This document shows, in pieces, positions 38,405 through 47,626 of a DNA stretch of 64,000 nt. The stretch lies in the sequence record OQ427096.1. One strand, 5' to 3'. Below the pieces are notes generated by a model. It did no database searches. It was given only the letters and a program-made list of their open reading frames with translations, and was not told where the DNA came from. Position numbers and translations under genes: made by a program. Position 1 is the first letter of the stretch. Every line of letters starts with the position of its first letter.

Positions 38405-38806
38405 ATGAGACTGTATCTGATTGTAAACCGCTATAGCATGAGTGTCCAGGCAGGCATTCAGGGGATGCACGTCATCCCCGAGCTGTACGAAAAGTTCTTG
38501 ACCCCTAAGTGGAATCGCGCCTACCTGTCTAATCTTTCTGACTGGGCTCGCAACCACAAGACCATCATGCTGCTGCGCACTTTCGGCGGTGACGAAAGTA
38601 TCGAAGAGCTTTACGAAAAGATTGCACCGCCTGCGAAAGGTTTGCAAATGCCGTTCGCTCTGTTCCGTGAAGGCGCGCTGCGAAACTGTGCAACTGCTGT
38701 GGGCGTTGTAGTTCCGTCGGCTTACTACAGCACTCCGATCGAAGAACTTTCTGGCGACCTGTTGGCTCTCCGCGAAACTTTGAGTCCTTTCCCGTTCGCC
38801 ATCTAA
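38405..38806 (+). CDS. Peptidyl-tRNA hydrolase 2 (Pth2)-like protein
   Basis: LYLIVN, QAGIQGMH, W...HKTIMLL, FRE..L...TAV. Confidence 0.7.
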   Translation: MRLYLIVNRYSMSVQAGIQGMHVIPELYEKFLTPKWNRAYLSNLSDWARNHKTIMLLRTFGGDESIEELYEKIAPPAKGLQMPFALFREGALRNCATAVGVVVPSAYYSTPIEELSGDLLALRETLSPFPFAI

Positions 38807-38808
38807 GA

Positions 38809-38836
38809 TTGTTCTTTCTTTGTCATCGTTTAAACT
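38809..38836 (+). promoter_or_regulatory. Recurrent early-type promoter TTGTTCTTTC-N12-TA(A/G)ACT
   Basis: Same motif at 42709-36 and 58648-75; variants at 54041-69 and 49132-60. Confidence 0.7.
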
Positions 38837-38865
38837 GTGAACACATCAACTAAAGGAACACCGAA

Positions 38866-39290
38866 GTGAGCTTGTCCTACACCCACAGCGAACGCACTGT
38901 CAAGAAGTACACCGTCAATCAGGCATGCACCTCGGCGCGTTATCGCCTCGAGAAGAGTGGCCTGACCAGCCTGTGCACCAATTCGATCAGCGGTCGTTCG
39001 GGCAGTGAGCTGATCACTCTCGAAGAGCTGAACAAGATCGCTGACGCCATCGTCGACGACACCTTCATGTACGATGGCCACAAGGCCCGCCGCCGGTGAT
39101 AGGAATGGGTATGGAAGTCTACTTCCGTAGCTTTGTCTTCGAAACCCTCGCTCCTTACTTCGACAAGTACAAGGGAATCAAGTTCAAGGTTGTGCGAATC
39201 GTTGAAGGTTCGCACATCCAGCTTGAAGCCATTGACAGCGATGTCAAGGTTGACGGTCTCGTCCATGCAGACTATCTGAAAAGAGCATGA
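38866..39290 (+). CDS. Two small early hypothetical proteins (38866-39099, 39096-39290)
   Basis: Directly downstream of the promoter, with RBSs. Confidence 0.6.
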
Positions 39291-39526
39291 CCCAGGATAT
39301 CTACAAGCAACTTCGTGACCTCGCCGGAAAGATGGATGTAACCATCATCACTGCCAAGGCTCCGCCCCGTTGGGAACCGGACCTTCAGGGCGGTGTTCGT
39401 ATCGTCGATTACCTCGACATCTTGACGCCTTCGGCTGGTCTTCGACGTGGCCAGCTGACTGTGATCAGCGCAAGGACGTCTTCCGGCAAGTCTCTTTTGT
39501 CGGAGGCTTCCTGTGGCGCTCTCTGA
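39287..39526 (+). CDS. 79-aa protein built from DnaB-like motifs in reversed order
   Basis: LRDLAGKMDVTIITA (H3-like), IVDYLDIL (Walker B-like), GLRRGQLTVISARTSSGKS (Walker A-like). Confidence 0.6.
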   Translation: MTQDIYKQLRDLAGKMDVTIITAKAPPRWEPDLQGGVRIVDYLDILTPSAGLRRGQLTVISARTSSGKSLLSEASCGAL

Positions 39527-39839
39527 TTACGTTCTGTTCCTCGATGACGAGCGTGAACCAGCTGAGTCTCTGGAACATGCTGAGGTGGCTCGCAACTACT
39601 GGGAGTTCGTAGAGATAATCGAAGAGCTGGGCATTCCGAGGCACGTTGCCTTTGATCATGATATCGGCGATGATTACTACAATGGCAAGAAATGCGCTGA
39701 ATATCTGGCAGAACGATTCTACGATCAACCGTGGGACGCAAAGCACTTCACCTATAGCATCCATTCACAGAATCCTGTAGGTGCAGAGAACATCCGCGCC
39801 TTCCTCGAAAACATGAAAAGGCATTTCGCAAATGAGTAG
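39513..39839 (+). CDS. Cyclic-phosphate-processing receiver (cREC)-like protein
   Basis: LFLDDEREP, FDHDIG, IHSQNPVG. Confidence 0.75.
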   Translation: MALSDYVLFLDDEREPAESLEHAEVARNYWEFVEIIEELGIPRHVAFDHDIGDDYYNGKKCAEYLAERFYDQPWDAKHFTYSIHSQNPVGAENIRAFLENMKRHFANE

Positions 39840-40788
39840 CATCGAACAGCTCAATACTGTCTTGGACAAGATCTCTGTCAAAGCTCAGTATGAAAAAATC
39901 GGACAGGACGAAGGAGTTCGTGTCACGATCATGAACAGCGACATTTCGATTGTGCTCACCTGGGATGCGATTGAAGCGCTGAGTCGTTATGCTGACAATC
40001 ACTGGATGGACAAGGTGAAGTCCAAGAAGCGTTTCCGTAACTCCGTAGCATACGAGTTGACCCGCGCGGGTGGCAATGTCACCTACTGCTATCACTACTC
40101 GAAACATCACATCTACCGAATGGCAGAAGCCGACTGGGAAACACTACCAGGAATCATCTGATGAACCCAACCAAACAAATCGCGCTAGAGTTGGAATATG
40201 CTCGTCGGGATTATCTTGACGAGCCGTTTGCTGCCAAGTGGCCAGATGGGCTTGAGCAGGAACAAATCTATCAACTCGACTGTGACGACAAAGGTCGCAG
40301 TGGCGCGAATTGGTTGAAGGTTTACACCGCCGGTGATGGCGATGTTCATCTTATCATGCAAGACTGGGAAGAGTATCCCGAGTTTCAACCTGAGTTCATG
40401 CCTTCGCTGCGTTGTCGAACCTATATCGGTGGAGGTCGGAATTGGCGTACCCACCAGGCATTGCTCTGGCTTGCCCAGGCAATTAGACTAGACAACATAG
40501 AGAATAGGCGCAACCATGTTTAAGATTTTCAATGGTACGGTAAACCGTACACACTTCGGTGCCTTCTACGGGATCATGGTGACCCATGCTTCGCAGTGGA
40601 ACATCGACGAAGGAACTGACCTCATTCGTTTTGAGGTTTCGGTACTAGATGACAAGGCTGACAGTTTCCGAGATCAGCTGTGTAGACTAGTCCCATGCGT
40701 AGAGTTCGATAAGGAGCCTACGGCTTGGGAAATGCTAATCAATTTTTTCACCAAAAAGAAAGGTAACGCCTGTGACCAATGCTGCTGA
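39832..40788 (+). CDS. Three hypothetical proteins (39832-40161, 40161-40523, 40516-40788)
   Basis: Overlap-coupled ORFs. Confidence 0.6.
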
Positions 40789-41065
40789 TAATGCTGTCGA
40801 GTACCCCGTTCTGAACGATCCGAAGATCCTGGCCAAGGTGAAGGGTGTCTGTCAGGACATTAGCAATGTGATGACCATGATCGAAGCTTCGCGCTCGACC
40901 ATCAAGGCTCACATCGACAACCTGGCGGAAGAGATCGACATTCCGAAGAAGCTGATCCGACAGATGAGCCGTACCTATCATCGTCAGACCTTTGAAACTG
41001 AAGTTCAAGAAAAGGACGCTTTCGAGCAGACCTATGGAAAAGTCTTCGGCTTCGACAACGACTGA
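40772..41065 (+). CDS. dsbA: Double-stranded DNA-binding protein (T4 DsbA-like)
   Basis: IDIPKKLIRQMSRTYHRQTFE...F...Y..VF pattern. Confidence 0.7.
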   Translation: MTNAADNAVEYPVLNDPKILAKVKGVCQDISNVMTMIEASRSTIKAHIDNLAEEIDIPKKLIRQMSRTYHRQTFETEVQEKDAFEQTYGKVFGFDND

Positions 41066-41072
41066 GAACGAA

Positions 41073-41362
41073 ATGTTGCGCCTCATCAACGAGCTTTATG
41101 AGGCGCTCGATTTCGATGCTGAGCACTGTGACTTTGGTCCTGCCTACGGCATGTGGGAAACACGTCGCCGAAAGGCTATGCAGGAAGCACGTCGCCTGTT
41201 AAAATCAAAAAACTTCAAGCGGAGTTGATTATGGCTATTCTCGCAGTGCTCCTCGGTACTGTCATTGTCGGTGGCACGTTCATCCTGCTCGCCGATATCT
41301 TCATCATTCGTCCTCTCGAGGGATACAGAAAGGATCGGTGGTACGACCGGTTCTTCATGTAA
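41073..41362 (+). CDS. Two small proteins (41073-41228; 41231-41362 single-TM)
   Basis: RBS GGAG before 41231; hydrophobic N-terminus. Confidence 0.55.
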
Positions 41363-41386
41363 AGAACTCCTGTGGTGGTTGGGCAC

Positions 41387-41411
41387 GAGACCCCTAGAAA
41401 TAGGGGTTCTT
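41387..41411 (+). terminator. Intrinsic terminator
   Basis: CCCCTA-GAAA-TAGGGG followed by TTCTT. Confidence 0.65.
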
Positions 41412-41424
41412 GTGTGATAGGCTA

Positions 41425-41507
41425 GTAAGTGTCTGATTCTTGGTGCCAAACAGATACGTAAGTGTCTGATTCCTAAGGTTGTCCTGCACATAGAAAGAAA
41501 CTAATAT
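41425..41507 (+). promoter_or_regulatory. Two direct-repeat IHF-like sites (33-bp period) followed by promoter TTGTCC-N17-TAATAT
   Basis: GTAAGTGTCTGATTC at 41425 and 41458; -35 at 41479-84, -10 at 41502-07. Confidence 0.65.
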
Positions 41508-41542
41508 GTGGCTGTAGGCAATACCAACCAAGGAATGCAGAA

Positions 41543-41941
41543 ATGACGGAAGAAAAGACGTATCGGGTTCGCAGTCGTGTCCTGGCTCTTCCTAAAGGAG
41601 CCGACAAGGCGAAACAGCTGGAGTATGCGCTCAAGCGACGTCGTCGGCAGAAAAAGTCTTGGCCTCAGCCTGAAGATGCAATGCTGATTCTCCCTCTGCA
41701 CTTCAACGTCTATTCGTTCAGTCGTCAGAGCTTCCACGCCGAAGCCTGCATGGAAATTCCGACCAAGAAAGGTTTCGAGTATTTCACTGTCAGCGGTGGC
41801 GGCAGGACACAGTTTGCTGCACTGAGGCAGGTCATTGAAAAGATCGAGGCGTCAGACTGGTTCCATCAGATGAAGGAACAGAAAGTCTACTTCAAGATCA
41901 CTGGCGGCGGTATGGAGGAAATCTACCGAGGTTACCTCTGA
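41543..41941 (+). CDS. Hypothetical early protein
   Basis: AAGGA RBS after the promoter. Confidence 0.65.
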   Translation: MTEEKTYRVRSRVLALPKGADKAKQLEYALKRRRRQKKSWPQPEDAMLILPLHFNVYSFSRQSFHAEACMEIPTKKGFEYFTVSGGGRTQFAALRQVIEKIEASDWFHQMKEQKVYFKITGGGMEEIYRGYL

Positions 41942-42024
41942 TCTAGTATCGTAGTTCATTTGTAGATGCCAACCAAGTCTTTAAAATAACGGATGTAGTA
42001 AACACATTCCTGTGGACATTCGTT

Positions 42025-42198
42025 ATGACAGAACAGACAAAGACAAAGCGCAAATACACCAAGACCTTGAAGTGGGAAGTGAACAACGAGCAATTCTCTG
42101 GGTTGACCCAGGCACTCAATCGAGTGAATGAACTGCTCAAGACTGGTGCTTCGGAAGACGTCCGAATCAAACGCATCAAGCCAGCAATCACGTTCTAA
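42025..42198 (+). CDS. 57-aa hypothetical protein (absent from the ORF track)
   Basis: MTEQTKTKRKYTKTLKWEV...PAITF*, followed by a terminator. Confidence 0.55.
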   Translation: MTEQTKTKRKYTKTLKWEVNNEQFSGLTQALNRVNELLKTGASEDVRIKRIKPAITF

Positions 42199-42205
42199 AG
42201 GACAC

Positions 42206-42230
42206 GGGCGAGAGATCGCCCCTTCCTTTT
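42206..42230 (+). terminator. Intrinsic terminator
   Basis: GGGCGA-GAGA-TCGCCC followed by CTTCCTTTT. Confidence 0.7.
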
Positions 42231-42257
42231 GTCAGAAATTCAAGCTAGGAGCTAATC

Positions 42258-42698
42258 ATGGCAACTCACGTTCGTATTGATTACGACGAACATCGTTACG
42301 TCACGCGTGCCGGTTCCCCAGATGACCGTTGGGACCGTGACGACACTGCTGCAGACATTTCCATCAACGGCATTGAGATCGTTTCTGAGGCCGGGTATCG
42401 TGACCTCTCCGTTCCATTCGATGTAGACATCAACAAGTCCTACATTCTGCTGTGGGCGGATTACAACACTGGCGATAGCTTTGGACACGACAGAAACTAC
42501 GTCGAGTTCATCGACCTCTTCGAAACTATCGAGCGAGCTCAGGCTGCACGAAAGGCTCTCGAGGAAGGTACAAGCTATACCCGTTCCTATGTTCGTGAAG
42601 ATGGAACGGGAGTTTCTACGAGCATTCCGTGGGCAGGTTATTTCGAGAGCTTGAACGAGCTCCGACTCGACGTAGTTTCTGTCTCGAGATTCCGCTGA
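42258..42698 (+). CDS. Conserved phage hypothetical protein
   Basis: AGGAG RBS; good codon usage. Confidence 0.65.
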   Translation: MATHVRIDYDEHRYVTRAGSPDDRWDRDDTAADISINGIEIVSEAGYRDLSVPFDVDINKSYILLWADYNTGDSFGHDRNYVEFIDLFETIERAQAARKALEEGTSYTRSYVREDGTGVSTSIPWAGYFESLNELRLDVVSVSRFR

Positions 42699-42742
42699 GA
42701 TAGAAAGATTGTTCTTTCGTACCACATCTGTAGACTAGTGGT

Positions 42743-43021
42743 ATGAAGATCAAGACCCTCCTCGCAGCCGTACTGATGACCGTCGCACTTTCTGGGTGCG
42801 GCGAGATCATAGAAGAATCAGAAATCATTCCTGGCGCAGAAGCTGAGATGGTAGCGATGTGCAATGTGAATGGAGGCTTTGTTCGCGGATGGGTTACACC
42901 GATGAACAAATACTCAGCAGGCAAGGTTTCGATCCTCGAACAGTACAGGACAGCCTACCACGTTGAATGTGTCAATGGTGCGAAGATTGACAAGCTATTC
43001 GAAGGCAAGACAATCAGATAA
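42743..43021 (+). CDS. Lipoprotein
   Basis: Signal peptide with lipobox LSG-C; behind promoter 42709-36. Confidence 0.75.
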   Translation: MKIKTLLAAVLMTVALSGCGEIIEESEIIPGAEAEMVAMCNVNGGFVRGWVTPMNKYSAGKVSILEQYRTAYHVECVNGAKIDKLFEGKTIR

Positions 43022-43047
43022 TATCAACCCAAGACTAGGAGTTAGTC

Positions 43048-44163
43048 ATGGAGTCAGCAATTTACAGGGACCTCGACCCTGAGGTGGCAGCAGAGTGCGG
43101 CTACTTCGAACCGAAGGAACCCTTCAATCAGATCTTCTCGCAGCCTTGGGCGCGCGCTGCGATCAGCGCATACGACCAGATCATCTACTACCCGGGCAGT
43201 TTCGGCACGTTCCATGATGGTCACATCTCAGTGATCAAGCGTGCTCTGCGAAAGTACCCCGGCGCCTGGCTCGTGATCGCACCGAGCAATTCAGACTACG
43301 CTTCCCAGAAGTACGGCGCATGGTCGGAGCTCGCATCGAATAAGCATCGCTACGACACCATCAAGAAGGTGTTGGATAAGCATGGCATCACTGCCTCGAT
43401 CGACATTGATCCGATGCTCAACAACCGCTGTGATCAGAACTTCACTGACCAGCTGGATGCCTTCCTGGCTGCGGGTAAGCGCGCCGGCATCTACGACATG
43501 GCCAAGCCTCCGGTCATCCTGTGTGGCAAGGATCGTGCTGACTTCCAGAACCTCAACAACTACACCGACAAGGTTATCGTCGAGTGGTTTGAGGATACCA
43601 CTGGGCTGAGCACTTCCAAGCTCGAGAACAAGAAGCGGATGAAGAAGCATCTCATCCTGCGCTGCGTGAACGAGGAAGAGTTCAATCTGTTCTGCGAGTA
43701 TTTCGAGGACCAGTACCTCACCATCCAGCCGTATTACCTGCACGATGAAATCGAGTCTGCCAAGAAGGCAGCTGTGATGATTGGGGCGACCCACACCAAC
43801 TGCAAGGAATACGCTGGCTTCTTGCCTTACATCAAGATCAGCAGGCATTTCAAGAACCCGCTCGAGAACGGAACCGTGAACAATTGGTTCCTTCCGAATG
43901 ACGCGGTTCTGCTTGACTCGGACATCTTTACCGGAACCACGCAGGCTTGGGTTGAGTCTATGGGCGGAAAGCTCCATGGACTGATCAATCTCAAGGACTG
44001 GCACGGTGTCTGGGAGCTCCTGGATATCAGCGACTTCCGAAAGAAAGAATGGGCGTATCCCTTTACGGATATCTCCAGCCGCTGTAGCATGCAGGCATTC
44101 GATACCGCCTTCCACGACCACTTCAACGAATTCAAGGAAAAGCTCAGCCATGTCCATCAGTGA
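43048..44163 (+). CDS. HxGH nucleotidyltransferase (NadD/NadM-like) fused to a type I PRTase-like domain
   Basis: YYPGSFGTFHDGH, GLSTSK, C-terminal VLLDSDIFTGTT PRPP-loop-like motif. Confidence 0.7.
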   Translation: MESAIYRDLDPEVAAECGYFEPKEPFNQIFSQPWARAAISAYDQIIYYPGSFGTFHDGHISVIKRALRKYPGAWLVIAPSNSDYASQKYGAWSELASNKHRYDTIKKVLDKHGITASIDIDPMLNNRCDQNFTDQLDAFLAAGKRAGIYDMAKPPVILCGKDRADFQNLNNYTDKVIVEWFEDTTGLSTSKLENKKRMKKHLILRCVNEEEFNLFCEYFEDQYLTIQPYYLHDEIESAKKAAVMIGATHTNCKEYAGFLPYIKISRHFKNPLENGTVNNWFLPNDAVLLDSDIFTGTTQAWVESMGGKLHGLINLKDWHGVWELLDISDFRKKEWAYPFTDISSRCSMQAFDTAFHDHFNEFKEKLSHVHQ

Positions 44164-44875
44164 AATCATCTCGCCGAACGTTAAGGCCATCCTTGCTCTT
44201 GGCATCGAACGCGATACGCCTTTTGAGCTTGATGCTCTCCTGCACAAGAATGGTGTCATCGAAATCAACACGTCGCTCGACCTTCTCCCCGAAGTGGATC
44301 GCGCGTTCGAGATTTTCGACCAGCTTGGTGCTGTGTATCCGGTCTCGGTGACCGGTCTGGAAAACGTGGACAGCGGCATTGGTTCGCATCGTTTCTGCGC
44401 GTGGGATGGCGAATTCGCGGCGCTCCTGACCGAGGTGGTCAAGCTGATGGAGACTCCTGAACTGATCCAGATTGGTGATCATCTCTGGGAGTTTGAGAGC
44501 GTCTCGAAGTATTTCCGTTTCATGCGGTACGATCAGGGCGGTGAGCATTTCCCGCACTACGACAGCGATTTCGTTGTCTACGATCATCTGAAAACCTTCG
44601 GACAGTCGGTTCGCTACGCCACGAAGTATTCGCTGGTGATGTACTTCAACGACTGCGAGTCGGGTGAAATCGCTTTCATCGACAATGATCCGAACCCGAC
44701 AAAGGGTGATTGGAATCGTCAGGCGACTGATGCTGAGATCTCCTTGCGCATCAAGCCGGCAAAGGGAAAGATCGTTCTCTTCCCGCACACTCTCTGCCAC
44801 ACTGTGCTCCCCTTCACCGATAAGGACAGCCAGCGCTTCATCGTGCGCGGCGACCTGATCTTCACCCAGGCATAA
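44150..44875 (+). CDS. 2-oxoglutarate/Fe(II) oxygenase (P4H-like)
   Basis: RYDQGGEHFPHYD (HxD), LVMYFND, KPAKGKIVLFPH.LCH.V, RFIVR. Confidence 0.88.
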   Translation: MSISEIISPNVKAILALGIERDTPFELDALLHKNGVIEINTSLDLLPEVDRAFEIFDQLGAVYPVSVTGLENVDSGIGSHRFCAWDGEFAALLTEVVKLMETPELIQIGDHLWEFESVSKYFRFMRYDQGGEHFPHYDSDFVVYDHLKTFGQSVRYATKYSLVMYFNDCESGEIAFIDNDPNPTKGDWNRQATDAEISLRIKPAKGKIVLFPHTLCHTVLPFTDKDSQRFIVRGDLIFTQA

Positions 44876-44878
44876 GAC

Positions 44879-45709
44879 ATGACTCTCGTCCCTGTAAACC
44901 CGAACGAACTGGAAATGTCGGTTCGGATGTTCAAGCACATGTTCCGAAGGAAGGATCCGTATCAGAAGATTCTTACCCTGAAGAACTACTTCTTGAACTG
45001 GAACATCAAGAAGGTTGTAATGGGCGTCTCGGGCGGCGTTGATTCGGCACTGGTTCTCTTCCTCCTGGCTCATATCCCGGAAGTTGAAGTCCATGCAGTG
45101 ACGATCGATTTCGACACCTACAGCGATGTCTTTGACCAGGGCTATATCGAGCTCTTGCAGCTGGCTACAACTCGTTTCCGAAACGTGAAGTGGCACAAGA
45201 AAGATCTGACTCTGGCTTTCAGCGAGATGATGGTCGCCCTGGACCTCGAGAAAAGTTCTGATGAAGTCTTCGCCAACACCAGCTATGCGATGCGTTACCT
45301 GGGCTTCTTCGCCTACGCTCAAGCACTCGGCGGCGTGACCATCGGCACCACCAACCTGGATGAAATGGGCTACGTGGGCTGGTTCGGGAAGAACTCGGAT
45401 ATGATGGTCGACATCCAGCCGATTTCGACCCTGCACAAGTTCGAAGTAATCGAGTGGGCAAGGCTGTTGGGCGTACCTGAGCGTGTTGCTGCCCGCGTTC
45501 CGACAGGTGACTTGGTCAACGGTACCAGTGATGAAGAAAACTTCGGCTGCACCTATGACGAACTTTCTTTCTACACGCACCACCGTCTCAAAGACCCGGA
45601 CATGGAAATTTCGCCCTTCATGGAAGCGCATTTCGAAGGTGTAGAAAGGTTGCGAAAGAAAAATCTGCACAAATACCAGGGCCAGAAGTTCAACCCAGTC
45701 TTCCTGTAA
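44879..45709 (+). CDS. nadE: NH3-dependent NAD synthetase-like protein
   Basis: MGVSGGVDSA, GTTNLDE...GWFGK, PISTLHKFEV, PTGDL...TSDE...G.TYDEL, NLHK. Confidence 0.9.
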   Translation: MTLVPVNPNELEMSVRMFKHMFRRKDPYQKILTLKNYFLNWNIKKVVMGVSGGVDSALVLFLLAHIPEVEVHAVTIDFDTYSDVFDQGYIELLQLATTRFRNVKWHKKDLTLAFSEMMVALDLEKSSDEVFANTSYAMRYLGFFAYAQALGGVTIGTTNLDEMGYVGWFGKNSDMMVDIQPISTLHKFEVIEWARLLGVPERVAARVPTGDLVNGTSDEENFGCTYDELSFYTHHRLKDPDMEISPFMEAHFEGVERLRKKNLHKYQGQKFNPVFL

Positions 45710-45761
45710 AGAAAGATTTCTCCTGTATTATTTGTAGAACATAAACCGAACTGAGGTTCAG

Positions 45762-46904
45762 ATGGAAATCGCGCTCTGGCTCTGCTTGATCCCGATCACG
45801 TGGGCGGCAATAGCACATTTCGCATTCAAAAGGACGATCACCTGGAAAGAAGGTCTGCTCCAGGGCGGCGGCATCGCACTCGTGGTTCTTCTGATCTACG
45901 GCTGCATGGCATACAGCAATACCGCCGATCACGAAATCCTCAACGGACAGGTGACGGGAAAGAAGCAGACCTGGACCAGCTGTTCGCACTCGTATTCGTG
46001 TAACTGCTACACGACTTGCAGTGGCACAGGTTCAAGTCGATCCTGCACCCGACATTGCAGCACATGCTACGAGCACTCCAACGACTGGGATTGGGACGTC
46101 TTCACGACGGTAGGTAACATCGAGATCGATCGCGTTGACCGTCGTGGTAGCCGTGAACCACCTCGTTGGACTGCGGTACAGATCGGTGAACATGCTGCGG
46201 TGACGCACACCTACACCAACTATGTCAAGGCAGCTCCGAGCAGCTTGTTCAACGTCAAGCTGGCGGAAACCGAGGCAAAGTCCAAGGCTGCGATAATCCC
46301 TCAGTACCCACGCATCTACGACTACTATCGCGTTGACCACACCATTGATATCCAGGCAGGTGTCGCGAACAGAAAAGCCTGGGATGCAGAGCTGGACGAA
46401 GTCCTGAAAACTATGGGTTCGGCGCGACAAGTGAACGTCGTGTTGGTCTTCGTAGGCAAGCAAGGTCGGGAGTACAAAGACACGTTGGAGCGTGCTTGGC
46501 TCGGCGGCAAGAAGAATGATGTGGTGATTGTGGCAGGCGTCACAGGCACCAAGATCGACTGGGTTGAAGCCTTCACGTTTGGCAAGTCCTCCGGTAACGG
46601 AATGCTCGCCGTCAAGATGCGCGACGAGTTGCAGAAGTACGGTACCACTGAAAATGCGAAGGAAGGCGTGGCTGTAATCACAAAGGTGATCGCATCCGAC
46701 TTCCATCGTAAGAACATGAAAGACTACGAATACCTGAAGGCTGAGGGTGGACCTTCGGCAAAGCAAGTTTCCTGGCTGGTTGGTATTGTCCTGGTCCTCT
46801 TGATGGTGACAACTTTCCTTCTTCACAAGTACGACGTGTTCAACGAGGAGTTCTACGACAGGCACCCGAACATTCGCTACATCCGAAATAGTTTTCGTCG
46901 TTAA
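45762..46904 (+). CDS. Membrane protein with a Cys-rich loop and TPM-like periplasmic domain
   Basis: Two N-terminal TMs, CSHSYSCNCYTTC...CTRHCSTC, GGKKNDVVIV, C-terminal TM. Confidence 0.7.
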   Translation: MEIALWLCLIPITWAAIAHFAFKRTITWKEGLLQGGGIALVVLLIYGCMAYSNTADHEILNGQVTGKKQTWTSCSHSYSCNCYTTCSGTGSSRSCTRHCSTCYEHSNDWDWDVFTTVGNIEIDRVDRRGSREPPRWTAVQIGEHAAVTHTYTNYVKAAPSSLFNVKLAETEAKSKAAIIPQYPRIYDYYRVDHTIDIQAGVANRKAWDAELDEVLKTMGSARQVNVVLVFVGKQGREYKDTLERAWLGGKKNDVVIVAGVTGTKIDWVEAFTFGKSSGNGMLAVKMRDELQKYGTTENAKEGVAVITKVIASDFHRKNMKDYEYLKAEGGPSAKQVSWLVGIVLVLLMVTTFLLHKYDVFNEEFYDRHPNIRYIRNSFRR

Positions 46905-46934
46905 TCCAAAATCACATAAACCCAACAAAGGTAA

Positions 46935-47534
46935 TTGATAATGAACATTCGTGGCAACAAGGGCTCGGCGTGGATTGCAGTGCTGGTCTTCCTGGGTATC
47001 CTGGCACTAGGCGCAGTCTTCGCTGTAGGCAGCTATGTCAGCGCAGCCAACTACGGCAACGAAGCCGAGCAGCGCCTGGAAGCGAAGTGGCAGGACAATC
47101 AGAACGTGCTGGGCCAGTACACCATCAAGATCGGTGAAATGGCACAGGTGCCGGAAATCGCGCGTGATGACCTGAAGGAAGTTCTGAAGGCAACTTTCGA
47201 AGGTCGCTATGGAAGTGAAGGCGTGAGCCGTGGTGCAGGTGAACAGAAGACCTTCCAGTGGTTGCAGGAACAGAATCCGAATCTGAACCCGGAACTCTAC
47301 AACCGACTCCAGCAGACGATGGAAGCTGGTCGTAACGAGTTCAAGGTCTCTCAGACGGAACTGTTGGATGAGAAGCGCGCCTATCAGACGAACCTGGGCT
47401 ATGTCTGGAAGGGCTTCTGGATGAAGCTGGCAGGCTACCCGAAGGTCGATCTGTCGAAGTACAAGGTTGTGGTCGGGGCTGACACGGCACAGAAGTTCGA
47501 GACCGGCGTTGACACTGGCGTCAAGCTGCGGTAA
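46935..47534 (+). CDS. LemA-like membrane-anchored coiled-coil protein
   Basis: N-terminal TM, helical body, KLAGYP near the C-terminus. Confidence 0.6.
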   Translation: MIMNIRGNKGSAWIAVLVFLGILALGAVFAVGSYVSAANYGNEAEQRLEAKWQDNQNVLGQYTIKIGEMAQVPEIARDDLKEVLKATFEGRYGSEGVSRGAGEQKTFQWLQEQNPNLNPELYNRLQQTMEAGRNEFKVSQTELLDEKRAYQTNLGYVWKGFWMKLAGYPKVDLSKYKVVVGADTAQKFETGVDTGVKLR

Positions 47535-47553
47535 TAAGTAGAAGTATCCGACG

Positions 47554-47572
47554 AGGCGCTCCAGCGCCTTTT
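47554..47572 (+). terminator. Intrinsic terminator followed by promoter TTGATA-N16-TATAAT (47576-47603)
   Basis: AGGCGCT-CC-AGCGCCT-TTT. Confidence 0.55.
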
Positions 47573-47626
47573 CGGTTGATACGAAACCATACATCGTTAT
47601 AATCAGCAAAAGAAAGGAGTTTTCTT

